From Narcine bancroftii (taxonomy: Eukaryota): a DNA stretch of 64,000 bases. Within the stretch, counting starts at the first letter, position 1; every line of letters begins with the position of its first letter. Under the pieces are notes generated by a model. It did not search any database, was not told the DNA's origin, and worked only from the letters and a program-made list of their open reading frames with translations. The position numbers and the translations under genes are program-made. Below, piece by piece: positions 37,770-50,924 of this stretch. The stretch covers positions 744,001 to 808,000 of the forward strand of contig NW_027211801.1 in NCBI RefSeq assembly GCF_036971445.1. The letters are read 5' to 3'.

Positions 37770-37920
37770 TAATAAGAAATAATCTATATAGTAAACCCAG
37801 TTATTGAAATAAATTGGACAAAACATTAAAAAAAAGAAAAAAAGCACAAAATTCTAAAAATTAAATTTAAAAAAGACATCTAATCTAACCCCTCTCTCTA
37901 ATCAAGGTTACCTTGTAGAC

Positions 37921-40277
37921 AGAGTGGAATTGGGATTTTTGTTTAAGGTTTTGGAAAAATTTAAATTTGGGCCACTCTATTGGTTGGATGAAAGCCTTAT
38001 ATAAAAATCCATTGGCTAGAGTGGGGACGAATGGACAAATATCTTCTTCTTTTATATTATCTAGATCAGCTAGACAGGGGTGTCCTTTGTCACCGACTTT
38101 ATTTGCTTTGGTTATTGAACCATTAGCGCAAATGATTAGACAAGATGGTGATATTAAAGATATTAAGGCAAATGAAGAAGAGTATAAAATTTCTTTATTT
38201 GCCAACGATATGTTGATATATTTAACAAATCCTACGCCGTCGTTCAGAAGGTTACATACAAGATTGGAAGAGTATGGTGCGTTATCAGGATATAAGGTTA
38301 ATTGGGATAAGAGTGAAATGGTGCCTTTGACAAGAATGGATTATGCAAATTGTAGAGATATTGTCAAATTTAAATGGTTGGATGAAATTAAGTATTTAGG
38401 GATAAATGTAGATGATAATTATAATCATTTAAATGAGTTAAATTATATACCATTATTTCATAAAAAATAAATTAGATTGAAATAGGTGGAAAGATTTCCT
38501 GATAACTTTAATAGGGCGTTGTGGCAGTGCACTCTCTCATGGTGAACCGGCCCCGCGTGTAATGCCACGTGGCAGGGCAGCCATAGGAAGATGGCGCTGT
38601 CATGGTTTTCTTCCTGCCTCATGTCTCCTGCCCAGCGCGTGCCTGGGGCAGTGATTAAGATGTCACAATGCACGAGGTGACTGAGCTCACGCCGCCCTTA
38701 AAAGGGCGTGTGCTGAATTTGAATAAAAACAGTCATTAATGACTTTCAATGTGGTGGCCGAGTCATTCTTGGTTGTGTCCAGCACAACAGTGTTTTAAAA
38801 TGAATGTTTCCCCCTGTATTCAGTATTTTATTCAATTGATTCCATTTAGGATTCCTAGAAAGTTATTTAAGGATTTACATGCACTGGTAAGATCTTTTTT
38901 ATGGAAAGATAAATTGGCAAGAGTGTCTCCACAAAAATTGACTTGGAGTTTTATAATTCCCACATTTTCAGAATTATAATGAGGCGGCACAATTAAAGTT
39001 TATTAATAGAATGGTTGAATCCCAACAATCTTGAAGTTGGGCTAAAATTCAAAGGGCTCAGATTCATGAAGAAAGAATGAAGCAGTTTATTTATCAATGG
39101 AATCCTCAACTTTTCCAGAATTACAATTTACTGGTATTAAAACATTTGATGGAATTATGGTAAAGGACAAATGTTTCTATTGGTACTGAAGGTAGAATTG
39201 TGGCTAAATTATAATAAGCACTTTCTTTTTCAATAAATAATGTATTCCTGAAAATTTGGGAAAAGAAAGGTCGGAAGTTGTTATGATGAGTTGTTATGTT
39301 TTGTTTCATTTCAAAGATTGAAGGAAAAATATGCAATTCCTTCAAATAAATTGTTTACTTACTATCAGGTCCATGCTTTGTTTCTGGATAATTTTGGACA
39401 CCGTTTGAGATTACCTAGAAGGACTAGATTTGAATGTTTAATTATTGAAGGAGGGGAAAAGGGATTGATTACAGAAATGTATGCTTTATTAAAAAGTAAG
39501 ATCTCTCAGTCGGATATTTATAAAGTGAGAAGTAAGAGGGAGGAGGATTTGTCTGTTTCAATTTCTCAAGATGGTTGGATGACAATATGTAAGGACTATG
39601 TGGCTAAGTGAGTAAACGTAAAATATAGATTAATTGATTATAAGTGTATTCATCAACTTTATTTAACTCCTAAGAAGTCAAAGAGATGTGGATTTATCTC
39701 TTTGGATATGCCTTTTCAATGTGGGGATGAGAGAGGGTGTGTTTTACATTCAGTATGGTTATGTGAGAAGGTGAAACCCTTTTGGAATGGAACTAGGGAA
39801 TTTTTGCAGCAGTTGTTTAAATTTAAATTTTCATTCGACCTGTTAGTATTTTTATTGGGACATATTAAAAAAATGGAAATGAAATTGGATAAATTTTAAA
39901 TTGCATTTATTTGGTTGGCATCAGCAGTAATGAGAAAATGTAAAGCTATAACTTGGAAGGATGAAATTGAATTAAGTATTCAGAGATGGCACATGGAATT
40001 GCAATCATATATTCCATTGGAAACAATAAATTACAATTTATGTCATCGGTATACCTTTTTTGATAATGTGCGGGGACCCAATATGAAATGTATGGGTCTA
40101 AATATGTAATGGTTGATTGGTGAGATCGAACATGGATATGGTGGGTTTTTTTTTTGTTGTTTGGGGCTGTAGGGGATGGAAGGGAGCTAAGGGAGGGGGT
40201 ATGTATGGGGGAAAATTTTGTATGTTAATATAATGTATTTTATTGTGGATTTGGATTTTAAATAAAGTATAAAAACA
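37921..40277 (+). mobile_element. 5'-truncated L1-clade LINE ORF2 with 17-bp TSD
   Basis: RQGCPLSPTLFALVIEPLA, SLFANDMLIY, SGYKVNWDKSE; A-rich tail; TSD aaggttac(c/t)ttgtagac at 37904-37920 and 40278-40294. Confidence 0.92.
38520..38789 (+). mobile_element. Solo LTR (family of the 14435-18442 element) inserted in the L1
   Basis: TG...CA, 270 bp, reverse-complement similarity to 14435-14703; flanks GCGT/GTGT. Confidence 0.9.
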
Positions 40278-40560
40278 AAGGTTACTTTGTAGACCACGTG
40301 CTAATAGGTCTTGTCATTTTCGTTCAATAACAACTGATTCTTTCCTGCTTCTAAGATGTATTTCTGTGAAATCTCCACGCAATGGCTTCTCTGTGTATTT
40401 GTGGCACAACCTGATCCAATGCACTAATTCATAATGTGGTGTCTGTAATGTATCTTAAAGATGAGTTGACCACAGATTGCTTGTGATTGTTGTTTACTTT
40501 CAAGTAGATTTTTGAAAGTTGGCTGGACTAAGGGTTGTTCTCAGATATCTGAATGTACAG

Positions 40561-41020
40561 TGTGACAGAGTTTTCGAGGCGGCTTGGGAGGAATTACTAC
40601 AGCAGCTTGCACACACACATTTTAGAACCCAGAATTTTAGCAGGACTTTTGCATTGTGCTTTTTGCAGAGGAGCGACAAAGTATTGACATACAGCTTGCC
40701 CAGGAGAACATGTGACTTTTGCAGGCAGAATCAGAACAGCTTTGCTCTCAAAGAGGGAGGGATTGAGAGCGAAGGAGTCATAGAATCAGTTCCTGAGGGA
40801 TAAACTGCCAAACATTGGAAGGCTGCCTGGTTAAAGGAGAAGAATGGCAGTCTGAAAGGTGACCTGAAAGAAAGAGGATCATCTGGAGAACCCTGAAGAG
40901 GGTAAGTTTCATCAGCAAGACTGATGGAGAAGGAATCAATTGCAGATGTCCTGGAAAAGGAATCTCTCTCTGAAAACCAGCAAGAACCCTCCTGAGTGGT
41001 AACCATTTGCCTGTTAAACA
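40561..41020 (+). mobile_element. Gmr1-like LTR fragment
   Basis: atcatctggagaaccctga...ttcatcagcaagac...cctgagtggtaa matches the reverse complement of 18590-18730. Confidence 0.7.
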
Positions 41021-41489
41021 AATTCTGGAACTTGGATCTAGATGTGAGAACAGTTTAGATCAGAGTGGAGCTATGGAACAGACTCGATGGGCTGAATAGC
41101 CTACTTCTGTTCCCTGTTCATGTGATCTTTTACAACTGGATGTGCATGATGGATTTTATTGGATTCACTCAAGTCTGATCAACTTGTTTCAAAAATTTGC
41201 ATAGATCTAATGTGTTAACCCAGCCAGAGATATTCTATGGACATCAGTAATACAGGGAATAAGAACATAAGTTTAGTCATTGTCCTTGTTCGAACATCAC
41301 TTTCCTGTACAGCTGAGCTTCTGAAGGATAAACATGCAGAGGGATCTTGTGTGGAGCAAAGTGAGCATTAGTGGTAGGTTGTGAAGAACCGAATGTTTCA
41401 TTGAATTTGGCCTTCGAATTGGCTGTAGGAGGGAAAGAGGTGGAACTATCTCCTGGGTAATGGGATCTCAAGTGATGGAGTCACCACCA

Positions 41490-43875
41490 AAATGCAGAGG
41501 GTGGGAGCAGTGTTAGATTCGTTGTTAGGGAAGGAAATAGGGCAGATGATGGAGGTGAGCGTAGGGGAGAACTTCAGATCCAGTGACCATGGGTCCATTC
41601 ACTTCAGCTTAATGATGGAAAGGGATAGGTTGGGTCTGAAGTCGAAGGCTTTTGAGTGGGGGAAGGTCAGATTTGAAGAAATGAGAAGGGGTTTGCAGAG
41701 AGTTGTGTGGGCTGATCTTTTTGCCAGAAAGGATGAGGAAAATTGGAGGACATTTAAGGGTGTGATTTGGGAATACAGGATCTTCATGATCCAGTCTGGC
41801 CAAAAGGCAAGACCAAAGGTTCAATGGAGCCGTGTTTTTTTTTTAGAAAAATTAGGAATTTGGTTGGGGATAAGAGGGAGGCCTATTCTAAATATAAAAA
41901 CAAAAAAATTGATGAGATGTACGATCGTTACTTTGATTGCAGAAAGAACCTTAAGAGGGAAATTAGAAAGGCAAAAAGAAGGTAATGAGGTGTCCATAGC
42001 TAATAAGGTGAAAGTGAATCGTAAGGGTTTTTCCAGGTACGTGAATAGTAAACGAAGGGTTAAGGATAGAGTAGGTCCACTGAAAAATGGGAACGGTGGA
42101 CTATGTGAGGAACTGTATGAGATGGGAGAGATATTGAGTGATTTCTTTCTTGTCTGTATTCACAAGGGAAAGGGACATTTGGACTATGTGAGATAGATGA
42201 GGCAAGTGGCTTAGTTTTGGAAAGGATAGAGATTAGTAAAGAGAGGGTTTTGGAGCTCCTGGTCCTGATGGGATTTTTCCAGGATGTTAAGGGAGGTCAG
42301 GGAGCAAATAGTGTGGGCTCTGAGAGTGATTTTAAATGATCACTGGAGGAGAGTGCGGTGCCGCGGGATTGGAGGTTTGCAAATGTCATTCCATTGTTTA
42401 AAAAACTCACAAGGTGCTGGCCAGTAAGTTTGAGTTGAGTGAGAGGGAATGTTATGGAGGGTATTCTTAGAGATAGTATGTACAAATATCTGGATAGGCA
42501 GGGATTGATCAGGGGCACCCAGCATGGGTTTGTGAAGGGAAAGTCATGTTTGACAAATCTTGTTGAGTTTTTGGAAGTGGTGACAAGAAAAGTGGATGAT
42601 GGTAGGGCGGTTGACGGGATCTATTTGGATTTTAGTAAGGCTTTTGCTAAGGTTAGTAAGGAAGGTTTGGTCACTAGGGATTAATAAAGAGATAGGTTCA
42701 GAGGTGGCTGGAAGATAGACAGCAGAGAGTCATGGTGGACAACTGTCTGTCAGGATTGAAGCTTGTGATGAGTGGTGTGCCTCAAGGATCAGTGCTAGGT
42801 CCCGTTTTTTATCATTTATATTAATGATTTGGATGAGGGGGTGGTTAACTGGGTAAGCAATATGCAGACAATATGAAAATAGGTGGAGTGATGGATAGTG
42901 AGGAAGGTTTTCCTGGATTACAGAAGGATTTGGTTTGTTTGGAAAAGTGGGCTGAAAGATGGCAGATGGAATTTAATGCAGTAAGTGCGAAGTGCTGCAT
43001 TTTGGAAAAAATAACCAAAATAGGACATATCTATTCCCTTCATAATTTTAAATACCTCTATCAAATACCCTTTCAACCGAATACATTCCAATGAATAAAT
43101 TCCCAGTCTCCTTAATCATTCTCTGTACTCTAGATGTTAAGGAGAGGGCATTGAGGAATGCAGAGGAACAGAGGGATCTTAGAGTTATGGTACAGAGTTC
43201 CTTGAAGGTGGATTCGCATGTAGACAGGGTAGTTAAGAAGGCATATGGTATGCTAGCCTTCATAATTCATAGCATAGAGTACAGGAGCTGGGAAGTGATG
43301 CTGTGACTGTTTAAGGCACTGATGAGGCCAGGTTTGGAGTATTGTGTTCAATTTTGTCTCCAAATTATAGGAAGGAAATAGATAAAGTGGAGAGGGTGCA
43401 GAGAAGATTTACAAAAATGTGGCCGAGCTTACAACATCCAGATATAGAGAAAGGTTAAGGAGACAGGGATTTTTATCATTGGAACGTAGACGTTGAGAGG
43501 GGATTTGATAGAGGTATTTAAAATTATGAAGGGAATAGATAGACTAGACGTGAGTAGACTCTTTCCCCTGAGGGCAGGGGAGGTTGGAACAAGAGGGCAT
43601 TAGTTGAGGGTAAGGGGACAAAACTTTAGGAGAAATGTTAAAGGATGCTTCTTCACTCAGAGAGTGGTGGCAGAATGGAATGATCTTCCAGAGGAGATAG
43701 TTGCAGCAGGGTCCTTTCTGTCATTTAAGAGAAGGTTGGATGTGTACATGGATATGAGGTGGTTGGAGGGTTATGGGCGGAGAGTGGGAGGGAGGAACTA
43801 GTGAATTTTTCAAATGAACTGGCGCGGATTCAAGGGCCCACATGGCCTGTTTTAGTGCCGTCAAATGTTATGTGG
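41490..43875 (+). mobile_element. CR1 LINE ORF2 (degenerate) with 3' tail
   Basis: SSDH, QHGFVKGKSCLTNL, IYLDFSKAF, GVPQGSVLGP, FFTQRVVAEWNDLP. Confidence 0.92.
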
Positions 43876-44501
43876 TTAGATGTGACTGAAGATTTTCCCA
43901 ACATTTTCTGGGAGACAGTCACATTATGGGTTAGGCTACAGACTTTGGGAACAAGACGGCTTGAGGAGTGGAGTTATTGTAAGAGTGATTTGCACATTAA
44001 GGGATAAACCTGGAGGGTGGTGAGAGTGGCCTCGCACTAGAAGAATTCTGAGTAAGTGGGAGAAGAGCTTATTATGATCGTAAGAAAAGAGCTAAGTGGA
44101 GAGAGAATGAAGTCAAAAGGGAGGGAATAGATGAAGGGGTCTGAGAAAAAAGGCAGTGTTAGGGAGACATGAGCATGGAAATGACGAAGTGGAATTCCGT
44201 CGATGCCTGTGTGTGTTTGGTTAAAGAGAGTAGGTTGGCCTGTCAGTGTCGACGAAGCTAGTCTTTAGTATTTTCCATCCCTTTCCTATTGATCCAAGAC
44301 TGGGCAAGGCCATGTTTTGCCCATGTGGATATTCCTATGAAATGGTGTGGAATGGCCACTGTTTATATACAGGCATGTTCCACTCAAGTAGCTTTGCATC
44401 CTCCTCAATCCCAAGGGTTTGCAAATAGATGAGGGAATATGGAATTGCTGCCAGGAAAAGTTCATCATGTCTTCAAACGAACAGGATTTTGCAATTTGTA
44501 G

Positions 44502-44711
44502 GCAACAACAGAAGAGAAGCTACAAAAACATCAGAAGAAAGTAGGTGATCTTCTGAAATGGTTGGCAGTCGAGGGTCACGATAGAGTTCACCTCAATGAA
44601 GAAGAATTTTATGCTTTAGGTGAGGGTTTCCAGCTGCAAGATGAGGATGATGTGATGTGGTCATTTACTGAGATGGTGGAATGACTGAATGACCACCAGC
44701 AAGGCCTGTAG
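44502..44711 (+). pseudogene. Spectraplakin exon B
   Basis: tttgtag|...|gtatga, 210 nt: ATTEEKLQKHQKKVGDLLKWLAV...MVE*LNDHQQGL*. Confidence 0.7.
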
Positions 44712-46105
44712 GTATGAACACTTCCGGGTGTTTTGGACAAGTGCACGTTCGAACAATTGGAAAAATATTTTGGATTGGATTTTTCATCAGAACCTCTGAT
44801 CAGTACAGATTTGATGAAAGGCGACTGATTAATTTAACTTAACTAACACAAGTTCCAAATAAGGTTGAATTGAATTTTGATTGTCTTCTCCCAATCATAT
44901 ACAAAGATCTACCAGATCCTCTTTCTAAATCAGTCCTTTCTGTTCTTTGCTCTGGTCAAGTCATGCACGTCAGGAGAGATGATGGCAATATGATTAACTC
45001 GTTAGTGAAGGGGGAGTTATTGATGATGATCACAGAAACCCTGCACTAGCAATCTCACCATGGCAGCTTCGTGACAAAAACTGTTCACCTAAGTAATGCT
45101 GTTTTGTCATCTAATCTGGACATTGATGTTGTTTAGGGAAGAACCTCCTCTCCTATGTTGAGGAGTCCAGGCTCCCAGTCATGTGATTAACTCTTTATAT
45201 CCCTTTGAATTGGCCACGTAAGCTATTCTGAACCAAAAAGGGATGAAAAAGTATACACCACCGGAATAAATTCTGGTGGAGCAACGTCACCGTTTATCCA
45301 CTCAACCCGGCCAGATCCTTCTGCGGTTCTGGGAATGGGTTTGGAACAGAGAGTGAGTAAGGCTACACCCCCTCGCTGCCACAACTTACTTATTGTCGAG
45401 GCATCTGTTGGTGACAGCAGGAGCAGAAACTACTGCCACAGTACTGCCATTTTACTCCAAGGGCTCCCTCAATTCTGGGGTGTGGTATCCCCATTGTGCC
45501 AAATGGTATAGATTCAGAATAACTTGACTTCTGGAATCACAGTGGCCAAAAGGTACTATGGAGCTCTAGCATATGCTGTCCATCCATCATCTGAGGCATT
45601 CATTCTCTCCACTGAGGTGGTCCAGTATCCTATCACCAGAGTGAACGACATGTACTCGACTCCAACAATATGTCCAAACAGGTGTCATCTGACATTGAGA
45701 GGGACGTGCGGTAGATGCGTAGGAACACTACTACCTGCTGATTCCCCTCCGCATTCCTTTCTAACTGGGAAACATATTGCCATTTATTCTCCATCTCAGG
45801 GGCTAAATTCAATACTCCCACCCTTACAACTTTGTAGGAGGACCTTGACAAGAAGCACGACAGCTATTCAAGAAGGTGGTCCATGATGACATGGCCGGCA
45901 GTGAGGCAGAACTAATCAGTTTGGGGCCTGGCAGTGACACCTGCATCTTGAAACACTAATGTGCAAATGACAATGACCCAGAATGTTTTCACTAAAATAG
46001 GGATAGATTTTCATGTTTGTCATTCCATAATATGCAGTGCTCAAGTCAGATTTGAATAGTTAAAAAAGAGCAAAGATCTTTAAACATTTGCCAATTGGTG
46101 TTAGT

Positions 46106-48156
46106 TTTTTTTTTTCTTTGGCTTGGCTTCGCGGACGAAGATTTATGGAGGGGGTAAAAAGTCCACGTCAGCTGCAGGCTCGTTTGTGGCTGACCAGTCC
46201 GATGCGGGACAGGCAGACACGATTGCAGCGGTTGCAAGGGAAAATTGGTTGGTTGGGGTTGGGTGTTGGGTTTTTCCTCCTTTGCCTTTTGTCAGTGAGG
46301 TGGGCTCTGCGGTCTTCTTCAAAGGAGGCTGCTGCCCGCCAAACTGTGAGGCGCCAAGATGCACGGTTTGAGGCGTTATCAGCCCACTGGCGGTGGTCAA
46401 TGTGGCAGGCACCAAGAGATTTCTTTAGGCAGTCCTTGTACCTTTTCTTTGGTGCACCTCTGTCACGGTGGCCAGTGGAGAGCTCGCCATATAATACGAT
46501 CTTGGGAAGGCGATGGTCCTCCATTCTGGAGACGTGACCCATCCAGCGCAGCTGGATCTTCAGCAGCGTGGACTCGATGCTGTCGACCTCTGCCATCTCG
46601 AGTACCTCGACGTTAGGGGTGTGAGCGCTCCAATGGATGTTGAGGATGGAGCGGAGACAACGCTGGTGGAAGCGTTCTAGGAGCCGTAGGTGGTGCCGGT
46701 AGAGGACCCATGATTCGGAGCCGAACAGGAGTGTGGGTATGACAACGGCTCTGTATACGCTTATCTTTGTGAGGTTTTTCAGTTGGTTGTTTTTCCAGAC
46801 TCTTTTGTGTAGTCTTCCAAAGGCGCTATTTGCCTTGGCGAGTCTGTTGTCTATCTCATTGTCGATCCTTGCATCTGATGAAATGGTGCAGCCGAGATAG
46901 GTAAACTGGTTGACCGTTTTGAGTTTTGTGTGCCCGATGGAGATGTGGGGGGGCTGGTAGTCATGGTGGGGAGCTGGCTGATGGAGGACCTCAGTTTTCT
47001 TCAGGCTGACTTCCAGGCCAAACATTTTGGCAGTTTCCGCAAAGCAGGACGTCAAGCGCTGAAGAGCTGGCTCTGAATGGGCAACTAAAGCGGCATCATC
47101 TGCAAAGAGTAGTTCACGGACAAGTTTCTCTTGTGTCTTGGTGTGAGCTTGCAGGCGCCTCAGATTGAAGAGACTGCCATCCGTGCGGTACCGGATGTAA
47201 ACAGCGTCTTCATTGTTGGGGTCTTTCATGGCTTGGTTCAGCATCATGCTGAAGAAGATTGAAAAGAGGGTTGGTGCGAGAACACAGCCTTGCTTCACGC
47301 CATTGTTAATGGAGAAGGGTTCAGAGAGCTCATTGCTGTATCTGACCCGACCTTGTTGGTTTTCGTGCAGTTGGATAATCATGTTGAGGAACTTTGGGGG
47401 ACATCCGATGCGCTCTAGTATTTGCCAAAGCCCTTTCCTGCTCACGGTGTCGAAGGCTTTGGTGAGGTCAACAAAGGTGATGTAGAGTCCTTTGTTTTGT
47501 TCTCTGCACTTTTCTTGGAGCTGTCTGAGGGCAAAGACCATGTCAGTGGTTCCTCTGTTTGCGCGAAAGCCGCACTGTGATTCTGGGAGAATATTCTCAG
47601 CGACACTAGGTATTATTCTATTTAGTAGAATCCTAGCGAAGATTTTGCCTGCAATGGAGAGCAACGTGATTCCCCTGTAGTTTGAGCAGTCTGATTTCTC
47701 GCCTTTGTTTTTGTACAGGGTGATGATGGTGGCATCACGAAGATCCTGCGGCAGTTTTCCTTGGTCCCAACAAAGCTTGAAAAACTCATGCAGTTTGGCA
47801 TGCAGAGTTTTGCCGCCAGCCTTCCAGACTTCTGGGGGGATTCCATCCATACCTGCTGCTTTGCCACTTTTCAGTTGTTCGATTGCCTTATATGTCTCAT
47901 CCAGGGTGGGAACCTCATCCAGCTCTAGCCTTAGGGGCTGTTGAGGGAGCTGGAGCAGGGCGGAATCTTGGACTGAGCGGTTGGTACTGAAAAGAGATTG
48001 GAAGTGTTCTGACCATCGGTTGAGGATGGAGATCTTGTCGCTGAGGAGGACTTTGCCGTCTGAGCTGCGCAGCGGGCTTTGGACTTGGGGTGAGGGGCCG
48101 TACACAGCCTTTAGAGCCTCGTAGAAACCCCTGAAGTCGCCAATGTCCGCGCTGAG
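46106..48156 (-). mobile_element. Young 5'-truncated RTE-clade LINE; uninterrupted 645-aa RT frame at 46168-48105
   Basis: NYRGITLLS, QCGFR, FVDLTKAFD, GVKQGCVLAPTLF, LFADD, C-terminal C2H-type finger; 3' hairpin plus (CCAAG)n/poly(A) tail; TTAGT TSD. Confidence 0.96.
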
Positions 48157-48304
48157 TTAGTAAAGCTTTGCTTAATAGGTACGCAAATTATTGCCGTATC
48201 TGCTTGACAGCCTGGTTTGTTTTGGAATAAGGCTACTTGAATAAAGTCTTGTAAAGACCAAAGGATGTTGAACAAAATGGTAAAGATAAATACTATAAAG
48301 TTAC

Positions 48305-49673
48305 TGTCAGGTCTCTGTGTGGGAGGCTTCTTAAATAACTGAGAGATGCAAGATTCAAATAGAAGAAGAGATTTTACTTACTGATGCCTTCCACCATGTC
48401 AGGAAATCTTCAGACTCACATAGACATGCACCCCAGAGTGGTGCACGACAGTGACTACAGTGAGAAGGGTGTGTTATATAGGCAGGATCATGTGAACTCT
48501 TTTGTAATTTCCTAAGAATACACTCTTCTCACTGTAATCACTGTCGTGCACTACTGTGGAGCGTATGTATATGAGTGTGAGTGTGAACAGTTTCCTGGGA
48601 TGGTGGAAGGCATCAGTAAGTAAACTCCCTTCTGTTATTGGAATCTTGCATCTCTAAGTTATTTAAGAAGCCTCCCAGGTAACACGGAGACAGAACATGG
48701 TGGCAGCGGTATAAGAGAACAAGAATAAAGCTATAAAATTGATTGTAAGTCATTGAAATACGAAGGGGAAGAAGAGAAAAATATTCCTGAAAATAAATGG
48801 CTGGAGCAAAAGCAGTTCACCCAGTGATGGACGGGAGGCTGAAGACATCGTTGAATCATTTAAAATGTTTCAGCAGAAGTTCAATTTAGCATTCAAAAGC
48901 TCTTTTCAAAATGCAACAGCAGAGGAGAAGGTTAGTTCTATACTTGTCTGGACAGGGGAGTGAGGCCGTGACTTATTTAATAGCTGAGAGCTCACGGGGT
49001 GGAGAAAATAATGCAGAGCAGATATTTGCCAAGTTTGTTTCTCACCTTGAACCCAGGTCTAATCATAGAATTGAATGCAGTGAATGTCAAGACTGTTGCA
49101 AACTTCCTTACTAGACTAAAAATTATCGCTGCAAAATGCAGATGGAAGGATATAGAGGAGATATATATACAGACTCAATAATATGGGGGAGTGCCCATCC
49201 TGAAATGCAAAAGTCTCTTATAGGGAAGGATAGTTTGAATCCGGCCAAAAATACAACCAGAGTCTGAAGCCACGAGGACACAAATGAAATCCCTATCAAT
49301 GCAGACCCACCCACAGAAAAGAGAAGGAAGGGTTGATGCTATAAAAATACAATCAGACAAGTGCCACCCCCAGGACCTGTAGGAAGGGCAGAAGACTACA
49401 CCCCTCCGTGGCCAAAATGAATGCCCCGCTTAAAGTTCTGAATGTAGAGCCTATGGTATAGCAAACCACTGGGCGAAGATGTGCAAGTCTGGCGTGAAGG
49501 AAACAGTGATACCAGTGAGAAAAATGACCAGAAGATCCACCATCTCTTGAAACTGTTCACGCCCTTATATACATATACATTCACCCCACAGTGGTGCACT
49601 ACTGTTACTACAGTGAGAAGGGTGTATTCTTACACAGTCACAAAATAGTTCACATTATCCTGACTATATGACA
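48305..49673. mobile_element. Rearranged Gypsy element: inverted LTR part + forward LTR (48472-48697) + PBS + gag + inverted LTR part
   Basis: TG...CA ends, GTTAC/GTCAC TSD, PBS tggtggcagcgg (tRNA-Leu-like) at 48698, gag from ATG 48797 (FKMFQQKFNLAF...EPRSNH). Confidence 0.85.
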
Positions 49674-50154
49674 GTCACCTACAGTTAGATTTCTCTTTAC
49701 ATCATGAAAGAATATTAAATCCCTGAATGGAAAGATAAGAATGGGATCATTCAAATGACAGAAGTTTAATTTCCTTAAGTTTAAATAAAAGTAAGTCTGT
49801 TTGATGGGGAAGGGATTGTGTACAAATACTGAAGGAGAGAATTAATTTTCTCATCAGTTAAATTAAATATGCAATATATTCTATTCCGTCTCAGCAGGAT
49901 TCATCCTTTGACACAAGCAAAGAACTTTTGATCAAGGTGGTTGATTAAACCTCCGAAAGGATAAAACCATTTCGGCTTCTTGGCTTGAAATATGTTTCCT
50001 ATGTGTATTTAAAAGTTGTTTTGCTGCACTGATTTTTAATTCATTGAGAAACCTGAATATTTTATTTCAATTGCAAATGCAATAAATAGAAATCTTACCT
50101 CCCCCAAGACAACCTGGAGCAATAAAAATGAACCTAGGATTGTTTCTTTTCTAG

Positions 50155-50383
50155 GAACATCGCAAAATGTTGTCGTGGAAAGAGCAAGAGTTGGTTTTGG
50201 CCACAGAGGCAGCTCAGACCTTCCTGGATCAAAATGGCCAGGATCCTTTGTGAGAAGGGGAAGTTGTACTGCAGGAGATCTTGAATGTCTTGATGGAGGA
50301 ATACGAATCAGCTGTATGAAGTGCAGATTCTCAATTAAACGGGATTGAGGACCTGCATATAGAATAGCAGAAGTTCTGAAAAG
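50155..50383 (+). pseudogene. Spectraplakin exon C
   Basis: 229 nt: EHRKMLSWKEQELVLATEAAQTFLDQNGQDPL*EGEVVLQEILNVLMEEYESAV*SADSQLNGIEDLHIE*QKF*K; 4 stops. Confidence 0.9.
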
Positions 50384-50607
50384 GTGAGAGAAAGTATTCA
50401 TTTATTTTCCAAATTTCAATAAAATACTGAGAGTTGAACAGAATTCTAAGTAAGACAACAGAAAGCCGCATTTGGTTTGGAATAATCCCATCTTGTAATT
50501 ATTACAGGATCCTGTCAATATGTCAAAGTCGATCTAATTTGGTATTTTTGATCAATTTGAATGCTTTAAAGCATTTAAATATTTGATCATCATATTCCTT
50601 TAAACAG

Positions 50608-50924
50608 ATTGCGATGAATTCGAAACATTCATCATTCATTTAGAGAAGGAAATAGCAAAAATAAAAGTAGGGGAAATTGACTCCAAGCCATTGACATTCA
50701 AAGTGAAGAAGCAGCAATTCCTCTTCAAAGATCTTTAATTTCACAAAGGGGATCTAAGACACTTCAGGCGATCTTGGAAAAGTGTCTTCGATACTGGCTT
50801 TCACTTGAAAATAAGGAATGCCATTGAGACCTACAAGTTCCAAATTGATCCCGATGCCATAATCCGACGTGTGGATGAGACGGTTGAAAGCGTCAATGTT
50901 CGCTTCAACACAGTTCAATCAGAA
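50608..50924 (+). pseudogene. Spectraplakin exon D
   Basis: 317 nt: DCDEFETFIIHLEKEI...KKQQFLFKDL*FHKGDLRHF...VNVRFNTVQSE|gt. Confidence 0.9.
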
